From Octopus sinensis (taxonomy: Eukaryota), in assembly GCF_006345805.1 (NCBI RefSeq), contig NC_042997.1:145390001-145454000 (forward strand): DNA of 64,000 nucleotides, written 5' to 3'. Below, piece by piece: positions 52,816-64,000 of this stretch (position 1 is the stretch's first letter; each line of letters starts with the position of its first letter). Below the pieces are notes generated by a model. The model searched no databases. It saw only the letters and a list, made by a program, of their open reading frames with translations, and was not told the DNA's origin. A program made the translations under genes and the position numbers.

Positions 52816-53769
52816 TGTATTTATAATGCATGCTTAAATCTAGCGCTAACATCCGTTTTAATTGTTTTCCTCATTTCTAAGTGAACGTCCACACAGAGAT
52901 TTAGGTTCAATGACTTCCATCGGATCTTTTTTCTGCAAACATCCATTTTTATGGCGAAAATTAAGTTTAAAGTTTCACCAAAGGATGACATAGAAAAAAC
53001 GAAAGACAAATTTACTTATGTGTCTATATTCAAGCCGTTCTCCGTGTTTTATCGTAAATGAATGACCATCAGTTTGCACCGAGAAATTTCACCACCGAGG
53101 CACAAATCCGGGAAAGGTTGTTTATGGAAAACCAGCAGTCGCCCATGCATACCAGCAGCTGAATGAACTAAAGCAACGTGAAATAAAGTGTCTTGCTCAA
53201 GAGTATAAAACTGTGAAGGTGCATGGCTCAGTAGCTAGAACGTCGAACTCACAATCATGAGGTAGTGAGTTCGATTCCCGGACCGTTCTATGGTAGGGAA
53301 CGGAGATGTTCGAATTATGTTTCTTATCTAAGTATATTTATAAACTTTGAACTATTCCAGCTTTCCAAAAAAAAAAGTATTTAAACTATTCCAGCTTTCC
53401 AAATTAAACAATAAAACATTTTCACTCATTGCCTACAAAATTATGCTTTTTAAGGCCAAGAAGGTCCATGATAAATAACATTCTAGCAGAGATCATCCAG
53501 TCTTTTTAGATACAATTACCTCAACACTGTAACATGTCCTTCGTTTTTTCAGGACAGTAGTGTATAATTTAATGAAGATTTCGCTGTTGTTTTTTCTACC
53601 AATTAAATTCATATATGCATGGAACTTTAAACGATTATTTTACCTAACTGACAGTAACATGCATCCATTCGTTTTTAATAAATTATGTACTAGTTGTTTC
53701 CCTAACTTTAGGGAAATGTTGTAAATGTATTTTGTGCTTTTGTAGCTTTTATATTTCTCTTATAAGCAC

Positions 53770-54052
53770 TCATATACATATACATACATAAATACATACA
53801 TACATACATACATACATATATGTATGTGTATATATATAATAGGAAAGCGGACGTTAAACGATGATGATTATATATAAATATATGTATGTGTGTATATATA
53901 TATATATATACACATATATGTATGTGTACATATATATATATATGTATACATATATATGTATATATGTATATATATGTATACATATATGTATATATATGTA
54001 TACATATATGTATATATATGTATATATATATATGTATAGGTATATATCTATG

Positions 54053-54083
<31 letters not shown>

Positions 54084-54138
54084 GTATATGTATATATATA
54101 TATATGTATAGGTATATATCTATGTATATATATCTATG

Positions 54139-54170
<32 letters not shown>

Positions 54171-54205
54171 TGTGTATGTATGTACATATAACATATATAG
54201 GTATA
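53770..54205. repeat. Compound (TA)/(TATG) microsatellite
   Basis: Direct observation. Confidence 0.9.
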
Positions 54206-54299
54206 TATTAGCTGGTATACCCGGTAATTCCCGGGGATAAAGATGTTCTATTGAAACGCCTTATTCCTCTGATATAAGAAAGTAATTTCGTTACAAATG

Positions 54300-54610
54300 T
54301 CACAAAAGGTGTATTTTCTATGACGAAAATGTACAAAACATTTACGGGGATGTAAACACACCAACATCGGTTGTCAAGCGATGCTGGTGGGTGTACAAAC
54401 ACAGATACACAAATATATACACACACATACATATACATATGTTCGACGGGTTTAGTTCAGTTTCCGTCTACCAAATCCACTCACAAGGCTTTGGTCTGCC
54501 CGACGCTATAGTAGAAGACACATGCCCAAGGTGTCACGCCGTGGGAATGAACCCGAAACCATATGGTTGGTAAGCAAGCTACTTACCACACAGCCACTCC
54601 TGCGCCTATG
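54300..54610 (-). mobile_element. SINE family B
   Basis: Head and partial tail on the minus strand. Confidence 0.8.
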
Positions 54611-54859
54611 TATGTATATAAATATATGAAGGAAGTGTTTGAAGAAAGTGCAATAATAACTGGTTGCTCTCAATAAATGCCTTTAGCTTACGGAGCTCTT
54701 GTTTTTAAAACTATCGAAAAGCAGCCAGAAGGATAGACATATTGTTGAGAATAAATGATTTCGTTGGAGGTCTGTTATCTCCAATCCAGCCCCTAGTGGC
54801 ATAGAAGAGGTTAGAAGGGTAAAGTGGTAAAGACATTATTCTGCTTAGCGAAGGCATTG

Positions 54860-54938
54860 GCTGTCAAGCGATGTTGGGGGGACAAACACAGACACACAAA
54901 CATACATACATACACACACACACACATACGCACGCACG

Positions 54939-54970
<32 letters not shown>

Positions 54971-55152
54971 CATATATACATATATACGACGGCCTTCTTT
55001 CAGTTTCCGTCTACCAAATTCACTCACAAGGCTTTGGTCGGCCCCGAGGCTATAGTAGAAGACACTTGCCCAAGGTGCCACGCAGTGGGATTGAACCCGG
55101 AACCATGTGGTTCGTAAGCAAGCTACTTACCACACAGCCACTCCTACGCCTA
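54860..55152 (-). mobile_element. SINE family B (tail truncated)
   Basis: Head on the minus strand with an internal (CA)/(TA) tract. Confidence 0.8.
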
Positions 55153-56249
55153 TATATGTATATAGTGTGTATATATATGTATGCGTATTTGTGTGTGTCT
55201 CTTGTCAGCGTAAATATATGTGTGATTATTAAAGAAGATTATTGCTTTTACAAGCAGATGGTGTCTTTGAATTATTTGAATTGTTAAATTCTTAATTGTA
55301 TTTTCCAACGTTAACCAATGTACAATCTTATACAGTTACTAGGTGATTCTTTTACAACGTCTTCTGCGAATACAGCAAATGTCATTGGTCCCCGCTGATG
55401 TCAAAATAAAATCGACACATTCCAGAGTTATTACCCGTACTTGTCAAAAAGAGAAAGGAAATATTAATAATCATATCGTTAGTCCGTCTGTTGTTGTGTG
55501 TCCCCCCCCCCTGCCCCACTCGCCTCACTACTTCATTATTTCCAATTAAACAAACAAAAACAAGCATGGGCGTTTTCTGCGATGATTTGATAAGCGGTAC
55601 CGAGTTAAAATTCTGTAAATATTGATAATATTTCATAAGCTTAAAGCTTATAAGCGATCACTGTTTACTGACTAAAGAAAATAGTCTAATTTAGGGGCAT
55701 ATAAGCCCTCTAATTTTCTTTTCATGGTTCAGCCATTAAATATGTTTACACATACTTAACAGTTAGAATTCTTAATCATTGTTCACTTTACAATTCTTAC
55801 TGCTAAACAAATTTACCAGAATCTGAAACTAATTAACTGTTAGTCTAAAGAAAATATATTTCTTACGTACGTCCATAACATTGACGTTTGGTAAAAGAAA
55901 CAGTTGATTAAACCGATTTCAGTTCTTGTCTGACTTTATATTTTAACGATCCTGAAAGATTGAAAAGCAGAGTCGATTCTGGCAGGATCTGAAATCAAGT
56001 TAAGCAGAAACAGACGTAACTAAGATGCTACACGGTGTTTTGTTTTTATCTTTACCGATGTTTCCATTCACCTGTAAAAACTGATGAATAAAACAAAGCA
56101 ATCGATACTTCAATTCCAACAGACGACAATGTAGCTCTGAAAAATATCTTTTATCTCCTACTTGTTTTAGTTTGTGGACTGTGGACTGCGGCCCATGCTG
56201 GGGTACCGCCTTGAATGGTTTAATCGAATAAATCGAACCCGATATATAT

Positions 56250-56345
<96 letters not shown>

Positions 56346-56354
56346 ATTACAAAT

Positions 56355-56810
56355 AAGAAAATGGAGAAACACATTAGTTGGTTTATCAGCTTTAGGATAT
56401 TAGAATGTTGCCTTATTTAATAATCAAAACTACAACCATAATAACATACATATATACAGTATAAAATTCAATACATTTAAGATAAGAATACAAGTAGTTA
56501 TTAAAAAAAACATTAATATAAATTGTTAGAATCATTGAAATCACTTACAGCTGTTTCAGCCTAGAGGTTTGTATCCACAACCCCTAACTTACTTGGTGGT
56601 ATATATATATAAGAAAATGGAGAAACAAATTTAGTTTGTTCTTCAACTTACAGATTTTAGAATGTTGGATTATTTATTCATTTAGCAAAATGAAAACCTT
56701 AATAGCATACATATATATCTTATAATTCAATACATATAAGATAAGAATACAAATTTTAAAAATCCTAATAAATTATTGAAATCATTAAAATCACTTCTTG
56801 CAGCTGTTTA
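56355..56810 (-). repeat. Two diverged ~250-bp tandem units of a hammerhead-associated repeat
   Basis: Each unit starts aagaaaatggagaaaca and ends tcactt..cagctgttt; the reverse-complement motifs occur at 58660-58840. Confidence 0.6.
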
Positions 56811-56927
56811 TATGTATATGTATCTGTAAATGTAATATGTGACAATTATTCGGTAGCCATGATCGAGGTCTCTTTCTTTCTTTCTTTTGTTGTTCTACCA
56901 TTTTAATCAATATATATACATACATAT

Positions 56928-57031
<104 letters not shown>

Positions 57032-57131
57032 TGAAGTCTGGTACTTATTCTAACAGAATTCTTTTGCCAAACTGCTATGTTATGGGAATGTAAAGAACCA
57101 ACTCCGGTTGTTACGCAATGGGGAAGGTGAT

Positions 57132-57163
<32 letters not shown>

Positions 57164-57324
57164 CATACACACGTACACAGATATGTATATATACGAGGGC
57201 TTCCATACAGTTTTCGTTTACCAAGTTCCCTCACAAGGCATCGATCAATCCGAAACTATAGTAGAAGACACTTGCCCAAGGTGCTGCGCAATAAGACTGA
57301 ATCTGAAACTAACCGCACAGCCAC

Positions 57325-57600
57325 GCCAAGAGAAACTACCCAGGTATAAAGACCTGGAACTAGAGATACCTAGAATCTTATCATTGAGAGCGAAAGCCAT
57401 TCGCAATATAATAAATCAAGTGTGTATTGATGTACCATGTATCAAGAAAAACATTAAACTGTATCTAGGTGGTGAGGCTTCATCTAGTTTGGAAGTTAAC
57501 CCTTAGTCACCACTACTTCCAGGTCCACTCTGTGTTGGTGTAGTAGTATCTGTAAAGATCCCCAGTTATCGTTCAAATTGAAGATTGTCTAGTGCAACTC
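57325..57600 (+). mobile_element. RLE-type (R4/Dong-like) non-LTR C-terminal fragment
   Basis: QEKLPRYKDLELEIPRILSLRAKAI resembles EKLSKYKDLEIEI.RMW..KT. Confidence 0.5.
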
Positions 57601-58005
57601 TCTCCAACATTTTTTGTACCAGAGACAGGTTTCATGCAAGACAATTTTTCTACAGATCTGGAAATCACACATGTAACAAAACCCAGTAAAGTGCATATCA
57701 TGTAACTAGCTTACCACGTGCCGTCAATAATGACGACTAATTCTAATATTTTATATATAAATAAGGTACTCAATAAGGTACATAATACTTACACATACAA
57801 ACGTTCACATACTTCCATTGTGTACACGCACACACATACACACATATACTCACGCAAAGTTGAAACGCTGATCTTTTTCACCCCTTCCTTTCTTTCATTG
57901 CTAGTACTTTCTCTCACTCCCTCTTAGTCCGGGCTACTACTCTCACTACTTCTCCTTCACTGAATTACTATTTTCTCTCCTCCTCCGCATCCGGCATGAT
58001 TCTGG

Positions 58006-58048
<43 letters not shown>

Positions 58049-58126
58049 TGAGTGTATTTTTACCTTGTTAACAATTAACACGAAAAAATAAATAAATAGT
58101 TACCAGGGCGTTAACTCCATTTTTTA

Positions 58127-58169
<43 letters not shown>

Positions 58170-58214
58170 AGTATATATGTGGATGTCCGCTTGCTTTACA
58201 TGGTACAATCATGG

Positions 58215-58274
<60 letters not shown>

Positions 58275-58567
58275 TAATATTAATTTTATTGACTTTTTGT
58301 GTGGTTATACATTTTAATGAACTGGACTGTTATATATATATGTCTGCTTTAAATTTAATTGTGAGTGTACATGTATTTCCTTGATGTTGGTTATAGAACT
58401 ATGAGTCCAATATGGAAAATAATTGTGTTTGTTAATGTATACTGATATATTTTGTTTATATTGTATTAATGTGTATATATATATGTGTAGAATTATGAGT
58501 GTCTATGCACACATTTTTATATTTTTTATTTTTATATTTATATGTAAATTTTTTTCATACATTAAAT

Positions 58568-58678
58568 TCTCTGAAGAGGCCGTGAGACATTCTTGTTAAT
58601 GTCTGATTTATACCTGCTTTATATGGCTAATAGGTTAAATGAGACATACCTGTCTTCACGGCCGAAACAGCTGTCAGA
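58568..58678 (+). ncRNA. Type I hammerhead ribozyme
   Basis: tct-CTGAAGA-GGCCGTGAGACA...TGTCTTCACGGCC-GAAAC-AGCT-GTC-aga: canonical core, long stem II, palindromic stem III. Confidence 0.8.
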
Positions 58679-59058
58679 TATGGTGTAATTGTATTTTCTA
58701 TTTCTATTTCCATGTCTAGTTATATTTGCAATATATTATGTATAATGTCATTGCTGTTATGTAATGGTTTAATAAAGTATTGATTGGGTATTATCTGATG
58801 GTTGATGATTGATTTAGGTATGTTTCTCCATTTTCTCATTTTGTATATATATATATACACATTTATATAAAAACACTAAGATCATTATTATGTTAGATTT
58901 ATTTATTTCTTATATAATACAGGCGCATATAGTGCAAAAACACACCGCAGGTTGCGATAGTCAATAAAAGAGAAATAAAATTCTAAAATTTATTCTTTTT
59001 GTGCGTCCTGGTACCAAATGATCCCCAGCTCGGTATTGGTCTGTGGCTCGGTGATTCG

Positions 59059-59432
59059 GGATCCCTGGTCAAGTGATACTAAAATTAGACGTCAAACTGT
59101 TTTACCACTAAATCTATGTTCTCAACTTAATAACCCGCTAGATGTTTACGAGCTAGACAAATGAAAAGAAATAAACATAGTACTTAATACCATACCTTAA
59201 GGTTTCGACATGGACAATTCAACAATTGTCTGTGTCTCCTCAGTGAAATCGGTGCTGACACAACAATGGAACTGGACACCACCCGTCTCCGTGAGAGGAT
59301 ACGATTGTAGAGTTCCAATGCCATGTATTTAAATTTCGATTCAAACACACTCGGACTAGCGCGTTACTAAGTTGAGAACATAGATTTAGTGGTAAGACGG
59401 TTTGACGTCTATTTTTAGCATACAAGGGATCC
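59059..59432. mobile_element. MITE-like element with ~65-90-bp imperfect TIRs
   Basis: ggatccct...tactaaaattagacgtcaaactgttttaccactaaatctatgttctcaactta...gctag versus its reverse complement at 59356-59432. Confidence 0.8.
59188..59250 (-). ncRNA. Type I hammerhead ribozyme inside the TIR element
   Basis: Minus strand tttca-CTGAGGA-GACAcagacaattgttgaattgtccaTGTC-GAAAC-CTTAAG-GTA-tggta; canonical core, weak stem I. Confidence 0.7.
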
Positions 59433-59447
59433 ATATAGTGATATATC

Positions 59448-59689
59448 TATTTCTTTACTACCCACAAGGGGCTAAACACAGAGGGGACAAACAAGGACAG
59501 ATAAACTGATTAAGTCGATTCCATCGACCCCAGTGCGTAACTGGTACTTAATTTATCGACCCTGAAAGGATGAAAGGCTAAGTCGACCTCGGCGGAATTT
59601 GAACTCAGAACGTAGCGGCAGACGAAATACGGCTACGCATTTCGCCCGGCGTGCTAACGTTTCTGCCAGCTCGCCGCCTTCTATATGAT
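59448..59689 (-). mobile_element. SINE family A, full length, with 15-bp TSD
   Basis: atatagtgatatatc at 59433-59447 and 59690-59704. Confidence 0.9.
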
Positions 59690-59959
59690 ATATAGTGATA
59701 TATCATATTGTTTATATTAATTCTCAAGCTTTAGAGAAAAGTTGGTCTTCGAGTAATAATAATGGGTGTCTTGGGAATGATAAAAAAGCAATACAGACAA
59801 GCAATAAACAAAACCTTCAGACATACACGCCAACATAACATATAGAATGTAGCATAATAACTAAACATTCATACTTTTGTTATTTTTCAATTCTAGGTCA
59901 AGGAGTCTGAAATGTTTTAGAAAACATAGACTAATATCTATGGTCACCTTTTGAAATAA

Positions 59960-60330
59960 CTGTATATGGGTGAGGCTGTGTGGTAAGAAGTTTGCTTCCC
60001 ACCGACATGGTTCCGGGTTCAGTTTCAACTTGGACAAGTGTGTTCTACTAATAGACCCGGGCCGACCAAAGCCTTGTGCGTGGATTTGGTAGACGGAAAT
60101 TGAAAGAAGCCCTCTGTATACATAAATATGTATGTGAGGTGTGTGTGTCTTCATATTTACTCTCTCACCCCCTACTGCTTGACAACCGCTGGTGGTGTGT
60201 CTATGTCCTCGTAACTTAGCGGTTCGGCAAAATAGACTGATAGAATAAGTGCCAGACTCTAATAAAAAGTACTGGGGTCGCTTCATTTGTCTATTTCAAA
60301 GCAGCTCTCCAACATGGCCATTGTCTAAAG
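59960..60330 (+). mobile_element. SINE family B
   Basis: Head, short microsatellite and tail. Confidence 0.8.
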
Positions 60331-60749
60331 CTTGAATTAATTAAAAGTTAAAAATACGTGTGTGTGTGTGTGTGTGTGTGTTTGTGTACGTATTACCTGA
60401 ATGTTACCCCTTATATATTGGATAATTTTGAAAGTGCACTTTTGCCACCATGAATAATAGGAAATATACCATAAATTTTACATTCTGAGTTCAAACTGCA
60501 CCGAGGTTGACTATGTCTTTCATCCTTTCGGTATCGATAAAATAATTACCAGTTGAGCACTGGGGTTGATGCAACCAACTTATCACTGCACCTGAAACTG
60601 CTGGCCTTGTACCAAAATTTGAGTCCAATATTTAACTTGACTTGCATTGATTTTCATCGACACCCGAACGATAAAAAGTGGAAGACAGCTAAGGAACGAA
60701 TGATTTGATTTTTAACTCTTTTAGTCAGAAAGGAAAGCATTTTTCATTA

Positions 60750-62451
60750 CATTGGTCAACAAGTATTTTTTTATCAAGCATACGTCAAGGTGTGCTCAGA
60801 GCAGTTTTTAATGCTGATTTCAAATATACAATTAGTTTTTTGACATCACGTACAGTTTTCAAGATGAGAAAGTTTTTTTGTTTTAGCTCATGCATTATAT
60901 AAAAATTCCAATTAATGATGTATGTATGTATTTCATTTACATCAAGGAAACATACCTTCAAAATAAACTACATTATTCATTGCTGCATAGTTCAGGTGCA
61001 ATATTTCATCATCATAAATTAACCATTCAAGTTTTGTCTGATGAAATAAGTATTTCAACATCTCAAATTGTCCAGTCATAATTGGTCTGATGAAATATTT
61101 CATCATCTCACGTTCAATATAAATATAATCGTTTGTATCTATTTCTTTACTTGTTTTGCTGTGTTAACAGTGTAGAAATCGTTCTGATGTGTTTTGCTAA
61201 GTCTGTGGCCAATTTATTGCGGAAGCTCAAAAACGTACAATAACACCAGTGATCAAGAAGATTTATAAGCTATACTTTGACTGTCCTCTTGGAGATCAGG
61301 ACAAGTTATGGGCTGCACATGTTAATTTGAAGCCCTTCATTCCTATTGGCCACTCCGTTCAACTTCAGGAATCATATGGAACTTTTACTTCATGCCATTG
61401 CCCATGAAAGATACTCATGGAAAATAGGTGGAGATTTAAAAGTTATTAGAATGTTAATGGGAATGCAGTGAGGTTCCACAAAATACTATTGTTTCTTGTG
61501 CCTATGGGATAGTCGGGCAACTGACAGATATTATTTGGAATCAAACTGGCAGACAACAAAATCATACCAGTCAGGACTATCTAGCGTCAAGAATACACCT
61601 CTTGTAGATCCATGTAATGTCCTAGTGTCTCTTTTGCACATGAAGCTTGGACTGATGAAGCAGTTTGTAAAAACACTAGGGAAGTGAAATGCCAGAGGGT
61701 TTGAGTATATTGTAGAAAAGCTTCCCAGAATCACACAGGTGAAGTTGAAACAGGGTATCTTTGTAGGACCCCCAAATTAGAGAAGTACTCATAGATGTCA
61801 ACTTCAAGACAACACTGGATGAAGTGGAACTGTTTGTCTGGAATGCTTTGCAATTGGATCTGTGAGAATTTCTTGGGCAACAAGAAGGCAATGGACTGCA
61901 AGAATGGCATCAAGAATCTTCTGAAATATTACTCAGCAATGGGTTGTCGCATGTCACTGAAAGCTCACTTCTTGGACTCCCATCTGGATTTCTTCGCGGA
62001 TATCCTTGGAGCAGTGTCTAATGAACATGGTGAAAGATTTCACCGGGACATTAGTGCAACGGAGAAACGGTACCAAGGCTTCTGGAATTACAGTATGCTG
62101 GCTGACTATTGCTGGACACTTTACCGTGATCAACCAGATCAGGAACACCACAGGAAATCCAAATCACAATGTTTCTAACTCTGTTGTTCTAACTTTATCT
62201 GACCCTTTTTTGTGTATTCACTCTTTGTAGAATGATAGTGATGATCTCTAACTCAATAAATTCCTTTACTTTCTAAAAATAATATGTCCTTATTTATTAT
62301 AAATACGTAAATATTTGCATTAACTACTGAAAATCTGATACGTGCTGCATACGAATGGAGTGAAATTTTGAAATCAGCATGAAAAATTAGTCTAAAAAGA
62401 GTTGGTTTGCATTCATAATGAGTATAATACATTTAATTTTGTTGACCAGTG
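60750..62451 (+). mobile_element. Chapaev3 (CMC superfamily) DNA transposon, internally deleted, with transposase pseudogene
   Basis: TIR ca(t)tggtcaac / gttgaccagtg with TTA on both sides; translation YFDCPLGDQDKLWAAH...LHMKLGLMKQFVK...GIFVGPQIR...MSLKAHFLDSHLDFF..LGAVSNEHGERFHRDI..EKRYQG.W...MLADYCW; family assignment from recalled motifs and the TWA TSD. Confidence 0.8.
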
Positions 62452-63176
62452 TTATCCTTTACAAGACCTTCGAGACTGGTGGTGGGGAAAAATGGTGTAT
62501 TTATCCTCAGGTCGAAGACTAAGGCGCCAGGTTTGTTAAACTGGGTATCTTTTAATTGTTTCAGATATACCACCCAAATTGGACATGGCTGAATTTCAAC
62601 TCACAACACAAAGACTTAGAACAACCACTCCTGACTGGTACTGTTTTTTTTATTTTTTATTGACTCCGAAAGGATAAACGGGACTAAATAAGTTACTTTG
62701 TTAGATGCTCTACCGATTCTGCTAACCCTTGCCCTCGTAACATTAAGAATAAGGATTTCTGACATTGACACAAGGGCATAAATTTTGAGGAAAGGTATAT
62801 CTGATAATAAAGAGACGAACAGAATCGTTAACACAGGGTCAAAATGCTTAGCGACATTTCTTCCGGCTCTTTATATTCTGACTGCAAACCCTGTCGTGGT
62901 CAACTTTCCTTTTCATCCTATCGGAGTCGATAACATGAAATACCAGTCAAGTACAGAGTTCTTTGTAACAGACATACTTCTTCCCTCAAGATTACTGCCC
63001 TTGAAATTGCAACTCCATAATACTCCAGTGGGAGTATTATGATCTCAGGCACTTATACAGTAATCCTTCGCCATATTGCGGATCACCTATCGCGGTTTAT
63101 TATTTAAGCTTACGTCGATTCTTCCGTGGTGTTGTGTTGCCTTTATAATAAAATAAATATATGCAAATTATAAAAG

Positions 63177-63590
63177 CTAGCAGTATAGCCCAGCGTTACC
63201 CGAGTTTGTTTTCTTTTCGACTCTTTAGAATTGGAATTTTTAAAAAGTAAAACTTTTGCATTATGTAGCTTGTTATTCTCTTTAAGTGAACATTTTTCTG
63301 GTTGAAATACACCGAAAAATGGCGACACAGCAGTCAAAAAATCGTAAAAAAATAAGAATTTTCACAGAAAAAAAGCACCTTTTTGATGTAAATAATTGTT
63401 GGTCTTAACATGGTCCGATTTGAATTTTTCTTATACGGAATGAAGTGCAAGCCTTCTTCTATCATACTCTCAATTTTGGTCAACTTGCGACGCAGGGTCT
63501 CGGAGGAGATAGTGTTAGTTGAAGGCTACCAAACCTGCCACACACACACGGACAACTTCAGCTTCATATATATATATATATATATATATA
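63177..63590 (-). mobile_element. Non-autonomous Helitron (same family as 32225)
   Basis: Reverse complement of the 32300-32670 body; ctag at 63177-63180. Confidence 0.8.
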
Positions 63591-63693
63591 TACCGTAGTA
63601 AACACATAAATGTGAAACAAGGTGGAAAAAAGAGTACTCAAATACCAGTGGTAGAGTAATATGCTTTATTTTAAGCAGCAGAAAATTCAACAA

Positions 63694-63738
63694 AATCTGT
63701 TACTCTGAGTTTCTCGTTGCCGTTCATCAGACAGTTTT
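63694..63738 (-). ncRNA. Minimal type I hammerhead, one stem II mismatch
   Basis: Minus strand aaaactgt-CTGATGA-ACGGCAACGA-GAAAC-TCAGA-GTA-acagattt. Confidence 0.6.
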
Positions 63739-64000
63739 TGCTAGAATGGAACCGATATATCAATTCAATCTAGACTCTTACAAACGCTACACCTTTAAAA
63801 AGAAATGGACTTGTTTGATTGGCCCTTTAGAAAAAACGGTCAATCTTCGAGCGATAAACAAAAAGGTCAAAAATATACGTATATATATATATATAAAAAA
63901 CTTATAAAAATTATAAAATCCGAGGAAAAAACCTTACATTGAATAAAATACATATTGACGTTAATGAAGAAAGTGCAAATTAATGCATAGAAATTAAACC

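Overview
AT-rich, repeat-saturated animal DNA. The tRNA-derived SINE families look like those of Octopus; this is inferred from recognising the repeats, not from a database search. I cannot support any host protein-coding exon, and most ORF-track entries are microsatellite read-throughs. The window holds three SINE groups (called A, B and C here), many microsatellites, and decayed DNA transposons (Tigger/pogo, Chapaev3, mariner MITEs, Helitrons, other MITEs). It also holds fragments of Penelope-like (PLE), RTE, CR1-like and R4-like retroelements, and several hammerhead ribozyme motifs. The most striking structure is at 39.0-47.6 kb. There, Tx1/L1-clade elements, mostly ORF1-only, are stacked head-to-tail at one site (AAGAAGCTTGCT) in the tRNA-derived head of SINE B, in both copies of an old ~5 kb tandem duplication. 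Their 3' ends share a motif and a covarying 4-bp stem/5-nt loop with the tail of SINE A. This suggests a SINE-targeting LINE lineage that may also mobilise a different SINE. A second highlight is an intact-core hammerhead enclosed in a long-TIR MITE-like element (59059-59432).
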